Positions 59,619 to 64,000 of a stretch of DNA of 64,000 nt are shown here, in pieces. Source of the stretch: a virus; IMG/VR virus record IMGVR_UViG_3300025674_000030, positions 8,647-72,646 of that record; one strand, given 5' to 3'. The notes beneath the pieces were generated by a model. That model was not told the origin of the DNA. It did not search any database and worked only from the letters and a program-made list of their open reading frames with translations. Within the stretch, counting starts at the first letter, position 1. Each line of letters starts with the position of its first letter. Both the position numbers and the translations under genes were made by a program.

Positions 59619-60722
59619 ATGAAAATAAGCAAAAATGTTAAAATTGGTATAACCTCAAAGTGCGATGAAAATCTATTTGGCAATGGCCTTAATCAAAATG
59701 TTTGGTTTTTATACAGATTATTGCGTGGTGCCGGCTATGATGTACATTTGGTCTCGGAGTCAAGCAAACATCATGGCAAAAAGCTAATAACCCAAGAGAT
59801 ACTTCCTTTAAGCGCAGAGAACGCTAAAGAATACGATATGATTATGGAGTGCGCTTTTGCTCTTGAAGGCAAGACAGCAGATGCTTTAAACAAATCTGGC
59901 GGTGTCCGAATCGGTATTCAGTACGGCAATAGGTTGCTAATCGATTTAGAAAATATGTTATTCAAGTCAGAAAATTCAGGTATAGGCAAGAAGGACATAC
60001 ATGAGATTTGGTGCTCTCCTCATTTTGAATTTTCAATACCAGCACTTCAGATTCTAGAAAAAACAGAGATGCATGTTTGTCCATACGTTTGGAGCCCAGA
60101 TGTGGTTACCCACACCTATATTCATTTTAAAGTTGATCCTTATTTTAAGCCTTCAACAAATATTAAGAATATTTCTTTCTTTGAGCCAAACCTTAACATT
60201 GTTAAGTCTTGCATGATCCCCATGATAGTTGTTGAAGATTTGTATAACAGAAGGCCAGAACTCATTGACGATGTTTATAACTTTGGCTCTTTAAAACTAG
60301 CAGACCACAAAACGTTTCTAACAATGGTAAGCAAACTAAACCTTAAGAGAGACAAGAAGATATCCTTTGAGGGGCGCTACAAATTTGTTTGGGCCTTGCA
60401 TAAAGAGTTTGCTGGCACAGTTGTCAGTCACCACTGGATGAATGGACTAAACTACCTACAGCTTGAAGCCATGTATTTTGGAACCCCCTTTGTGCATAAC
60501 TCAGAGTTTTTCAAAGAACACGGTTATTATTTTCCTGAATGGGATGCCAAGGAGGGTTCACTTCAGCTAGAGCGTGCGATCGAAACACACAAAGATGTAT
60601 ATTTGAGAGAACGCGAGAGAGATAGAGAAAAGCTTTGGGAGTTTCATCCTGACAATCCTAAAAATATACAAGGCTATGTTGACTTGATCGAAAACGCTCT
60701 TGCCAAGCATCTTAAAAAATAA
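59619..60722 (+). CDS. DUF2827-like putative glycosyltransferase
   Basis: FGNGLNQN, IWCSPHF, PYVWSP, FEPNLNIVKSC.IP, VVSHHWMNGLNYLQLEA...PFVHNS, GYYF; start MKISK after GGAG. Confidence 0.75.
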   Translation: MKISKNVKIGITSKCDENLFGNGLNQNVWFLYRLLRGAGYDVHLVSESSKHHGKKLITQEILPLSAENAKEYDMIMECAFALEGKTADALNKSGGVRIGIQYGNRLLIDLENMLFKSENSGIGKKDIHEIWCSPHFEFSIPALQILEKTEMHVCPYVWSPDVVTHTYIHFKVDPYFKPSTNIKNISFFEPNLNIVKSCMIPMIVVEDLYNRRPELIDDVYNFGSLKLADHKTFLTMVSKLNLKRDKKISFEGRYKFVWALHKEFAGTVVSHHWMNGLNYLQLEAMYFGTPFVHNSEFFKEHGYYFPEWDAKEGSLQLERAIETHKDVYLRERERDREKLWEFHPDNPKNIQGYVDLIENALAKHLKK

Positions 60723-60733
60723 GGTTCATTTGG

Positions 60734-60742
60734 ACTACTTAT
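60734..60742 (+). promoter_or_regulatory. Candidate late promoter ACTACTTAT
   Basis: Intergenic, 20 nt before the 60763 start. Confidence 0.5.
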
Positions 60743-60762
60743 AGGAAAGTAGAGGATTATGT

Positions 60763-61872
60763 ATGGCTTATAACATCCTTAAAGACGATGTAGAATTTAG
60801 TGGCGTTAATCTAGGTACCATTGAAGATATGGTTGATGATCATAGAGATCAATCAATTGCTGGCGTGAAAACTTTTACAGATATGGTAACCGCTTCGGTG
60901 GGTATTTCCGCTTCTGTTTTTTATGGCGATGGCTCTGGCCTTTCTGGTGTCGGAGGAGCGATTCAGAACTATAATGATTCTGGCGATAATCGACTAATAA
61001 CTTCTGTTGATTCCGATACAGTTCAGGGAGAAGCAAACCTAACCTTTGATGGCTCATCGCTGTCCGTTACTGGCGATGTTACTGCCTCGGTTAATGTATC
61101 GGCATCTGCTTTTCAGGGCGATGGCAACTCTCTTACAAATATAGGGCCTTCAAGTTTAAATCTTGGTGCAGGCTTAAGAGATCTCGCTGGGAATCTGGAA
61201 CTAAATCTAGATACAGCATCCGGGCTACAAGTTGCCGTTGGTGGTTTAAAAATACACCCAGCCGGTCTATCTAGTGCTGCCGCTTTGGGAGATACCGACT
61301 TATTTGTTGTAGATCAAAGTGGAAACAAAAAAGCAACTGCCCTACAACTTTACAACTATGTAGATGGGAAGCTCGCAATCCCAACGGTTGCTGGCGCAAA
61401 CACTCAAGTTCAATTTAATGATGCTGGCGACCTTGGGGCAAGTGCAAACTTAACTTTCAACAGCGCAACAAACACGCTTACCACAGTAAACATAACTGCC
61501 TCAACACATGTTTCAGCTTCTGTCTTCTATGGAGACGGTAGTAATCTAACAGGAATCTCTGGTGGTAGCTCTACTTCATTCAATTCTTTTACAGCAAACT
61601 TTACTGTATCTTCCTCTTATGACATTATTGGCATGAACACTTCTGGCAGTGTAGTTACTGGTTCTTTGTTGGCCGCAAACGCATACTCAGCAGGACAAAG
61701 ATTGGTGTTCAAAGATATCGAAGGCTCTGGTTCGACAAACAATTTGGTGATTGAGCCTTCTGGCTCCGAGACAATTGATGGTGCTAGTGCAGCGAAGATT
61801 AAGGTTAACTATGGCTCAATCACAATTATTTCTGATGGATCTGGCGCTTTCTATATTATAGGAAACAACTAA
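60763..61872 (+). CDS. Fibre-like virion protein
   Basis: 3x TASxx(I/V)SASxFxGDG repeats, GEANLTFDG, VQFND, shared C-terminal FKD...TIDG domain. Confidence 0.7.
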   Translation: MAYNILKDDVEFSGVNLGTIEDMVDDHRDQSIAGVKTFTDMVTASVGISASVFYGDGSGLSGVGGAIQNYNDSGDNRLITSVDSDTVQGEANLTFDGSSLSVTGDVTASVNVSASAFQGDGNSLTNIGPSSLNLGAGLRDLAGNLELNLDTASGLQVAVGGLKIHPAGLSSAAALGDTDLFVVDQSGNKKATALQLYNYVDGKLAIPTVAGANTQVQFNDAGDLGASANLTFNSATNTLTTVNITASTHVSASVFYGDGSNLTGISGGSSTSFNSFTANFTVSSSYDIIGMNTSGSVVTGSLLAANAYSAGQRLVFKDIEGSGSTNNLVIEPSGSETIDGASAAKIKVNYGSITIISDGSGAFYIIGNN

Positions 61873-62618
61873 TGGCCAATCTAAGATTAAGAGACAATAA
61901 GTGGATACTTCAAGATATTCCAGATGCAGACAAGCTTGGCTGGGAGACAGTTGATATTGGGGACGGAAGTTGGACACAATCTGATCCATCTGGAGTTCTT
62001 CTAAGCAGTGCTGCAACAACCAATGAGATAACAAAAGTTGATTTTAATGCTGTAGGCGTGGCTAGTGCTGACTATGACTTCACTGCTGGGACAAATTTTA
62101 CTGGTCCTCGCTGGTATTCAAAACTGCAAACAAGCGATGGTATTGTGGTCAATAGCGATGATCCTTACATAATAATGTTTCAGTTGGTCGCTGAAACTCC
62201 TAACACTCAAGATAGGGTGAACATTAGCATTGGAGTGGCTGAAGCACCCACCTCAACAGTTAGGGGAACTATTTTATTTACTGGGGGATGTTTAGAATAC
62301 ACTAGCACAACTAGTAATCGTTTTATGGGGCCTATTGTCGCAAGTCCAAATTTTCTTCCAAATGTAAACAACAAGATAGGATTTAGCACATTTGCTTCTA
62401 TTACAAATAGGCTTGGTAACTTCTCTGCTTTTAATTTAGACTCTTCTAGTGGATTTCTTGCTGAGACATCAACAACAGCAAATAGGGTCTATACTGCTTC
62501 AACTGATCTGTTTTTGGTGATTCAAGCCGGAATAGACGGCACAAACACTATCGGCGCTTGTGATATTCAAGCCAAGCTCAGATACAGGGTAATCAGGATT
62601 AGTGACTTCCCACTATAA
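61872..62618 (+). CDS. Hypothetical beta-rich protein (possible receptor-binding/decoration)
   Basis: 248-aa ORF coupled to the fibre gene. Confidence 0.6.
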   Translation: MANLRLRDNKWILQDIPDADKLGWETVDIGDGSWTQSDPSGVLLSSAATTNEITKVDFNAVGVASADYDFTAGTNFTGPRWYSKLQTSDGIVVNSDDPYIIMFQLVAETPNTQDRVNISIGVAEAPTSTVRGTILFTGGCLEYTSTTSNRFMGPIVASPNFLPNVNNKIGFSTFASITNRLGNFSAFNLDSSSGFLAETSTTANRVYTASTDLFLVIQAGIDGTNTIGACDIQAKLRYRVIRISDFPL

Positions 62619-62646
62619 AAGTATGCTGCTTTTAAGTCGAGAACGC

Positions 62647-62655
62647 ACTATTTAA
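62647..62655 (+). promoter_or_regulatory. Candidate late promoter ACTATTTAA
   Basis: Intergenic, upstream of AGGAG SD and the scaffold gene. Confidence 0.55.
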
Positions 62656-62687
62656 AATGAAAACTATTTTTACAGGAGTTTTTGTTT

Positions 62688-64000
62688 ATGTCTTCACTAT
62701 TGGAACAAGCAATCGTAGACGCTAAGGCGTTGAAGGAAGCCGCTATGAAGAACGCGGAAGCCACTATTATCGATAAATATTCAGAAGAGGTTAAGTCTAC
62801 TCTTAATAAACTTCTTGAGCAAGATGAGCTTGATGCTCTTCTTGGTGGCACCGATATGGGTCCGCCAGAGGGTATGGAAGCGACCATGCAGGAAGAAGAG
62901 GAAAAAGATGAGATTGCCGAAGGTGTTCCAGATGCTTTTACAGAGGACGTGAGCGAGCTTGACGGTGTTAACGAGGGTGATAGTGCCGAGGTTACCATTG
63001 ACTTTGCTGAGCTTGCAGAGGCTCTAAAAGAGCTTCGTGAAGGCGTCGAGACAGAAGAAACCATTGATGAAGCTGAATGTGGCCCCGGAGAAAGAGATGC
63101 GGAGGAAACCATCGATGAAGCTAAGGGTAGATTAATAAAGCACCCCTATTCCGATACAGTTGAGATCAGAAAGGACAGAGAGTATGACGAGTACACTGTG
63201 AAAAAGAAGGGTGCATCTGGCACTGGCTACCACACTGACGATCTTGCTGATGCAAAGGCGACAGCTAAGAGAATGGCTGGCGAAAAGATGGATGAAGAGG
63301 TTGAGCTTGACGAAGATTCTATCATGGAAATGGTTGCCTCTATGCTCTCTGAAGAAGAAGATTCCGAGCAGCTTAATGAGGAAGCATCTGATTGTCTTCG
63401 TGACTATGAAATGACCGGCGACCTAACCGCTTGCAGAAGATGTATGATACGTTTTGAGGATGATCCCGGCAAATGCTCTAGCGCACAATCTGGATATTCT
63501 CCTTATGGTTATGGTCGCCAAGGCAGAAGACGCTACGAAGAGGGCGCCGAGCATGAAGAACTATACGAAGAAATGTCAGACGATATTCTTGATGCCATCA
63601 TGGAAAAGCTTACCGTAGATATGGGTGCTACGCTCTCTGGTTGGGCTGGTCGTTCTGATGACGACATGAAGCACCAGATGGAGCTAGAAATGGCACATCG
63701 CCGCAGCACCGAAGTTGCAGAAGAACTCGAAGCACTTAAGAAGGCTCAAGAAGAGCTAGTGTTTGAGAACAAGAAACTAAAAGAAAATCTTTCTAACTAC
63801 CAAGAAGTAGTTAACTCACTTAAGGAGAATGTGCAGGATGTAAATCTTAGTAATGCACGACTCCTTTACACCAACCGCACGCTGAGAAATACCTCCCTGA
63901 ATGAGCGACAAAAAGAAAGAATTGTCGAAGCGATTTCTAAGGCTGGTTCGGTTGAGGAAGCGAAGACAATCCACGAGACACTTCAAAGCACAGTGGCGTC
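62688..64000 (+). CDS. Prohead core/scaffolding protein (3'-truncated; absent from the ORF track)
   Basis: Translated by hand and open to the window end: MSSLLEQAIVDAKALKEAA..., very acidic, C-terminal coiled coil VNLSNARLLYTN...LNERQKERIVEAISKA. Confidence 0.75.
   Translation, partial: MSSLLEQAIVDAKALKEAAMKNAEATIIDKYSEEVKSTLNKLLEQDELDALLGGTDMGPPEGMEATMQEEEEKDEIAEGVPDAFTEDVSELDGVNEGDSAEVTIDFAELAEALKELREGVETEETIDEAECGPGERDAEETIDEAKGRLIKHPYSDTVEIRKDREYDEYTVKKKGASGTGYHTDDLADAKATAKRMAGEKMDEEVELDEDSIMEMVASMLSEEEDSEQLNEEASDCLRDYEMTGDLTACRRCMIRFEDDPGKCSSAQSGYSPYGYGRQGRRRYEEGAEHEELYEEMSDDILDAIMEKLTVDMGATLSGWAGRSDDDMKHQMELEMAHRRSTEVAEELEALKKAQEELVFENKKLKENLSNYQEVVNSLKENVQDVNLSNARLLYTNRTLRNTSLNERQKERIVEAISKAGSVEEAKTIHETLQSTVA

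Noticed and set aside
62648-63112. 154-aa Ser-rich minus-strand ORF
   Set aside because: Antisense to the Glu/Asp-rich scaffold gene, which has a promoter motif and SD
1-64000. Alternative genetic code, tRNAs, introns or inteins
   Set aside because: Code 11 gives near-complete coding density with all three stops used; intergenic gaps show no cloverleaf; terminase, primase and portal are uninterrupted

Overview
A 64-kb, all-plus-strand, densely packed segment of a large (probably jumbo) tailed phage with a distantly T4-like head and baseplate. No cellular chromosome context, tRNA or CRISPR array was seen. In order: end of a nucleotide-sugar module (NAD-dependent epimerase fragment, glmS); a gp55-like late sigma factor; a baseplate/tail block (M15 peptidase-bearing hub protein, gp25, gp6, 2124-aa and 2961-aa giants); RuvC, primase, a fused Mre11-Rad50 (SbcD-SbcC) and a tubulin/FtsZ-family GTPase near sigma70-type promoters; a holin/spanin-like trio; terminase, portal and prohead protease; ribosomal protein bS21; a cluster of fibre proteins with a DUF2827-like glycosyltransferase; and the 5' part of the prohead scaffold (not in the ORF track). 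Best leads: (1) a candidate capsid-loading system, with a family of genes sharing an MK(I/V)TKxxLKQIIKEE leader plus small cargo domains bracketed by [ILV]-x-E protease-type sites, even inside the scaffold; (2) a candidate virion O-glycosylation system, with a [S/T]-[G/A/S]-S motif enriched in a subset of virion proteins plus sugar enzymes; (3) a recurrent ACTA(T/C)TTA late-promoter motif; (4) a 21-codon RRCC peptide with a GC hairpin; (5) apparent CCWGG avoidance. All family calls come from motif recognition by eye, not database searches.
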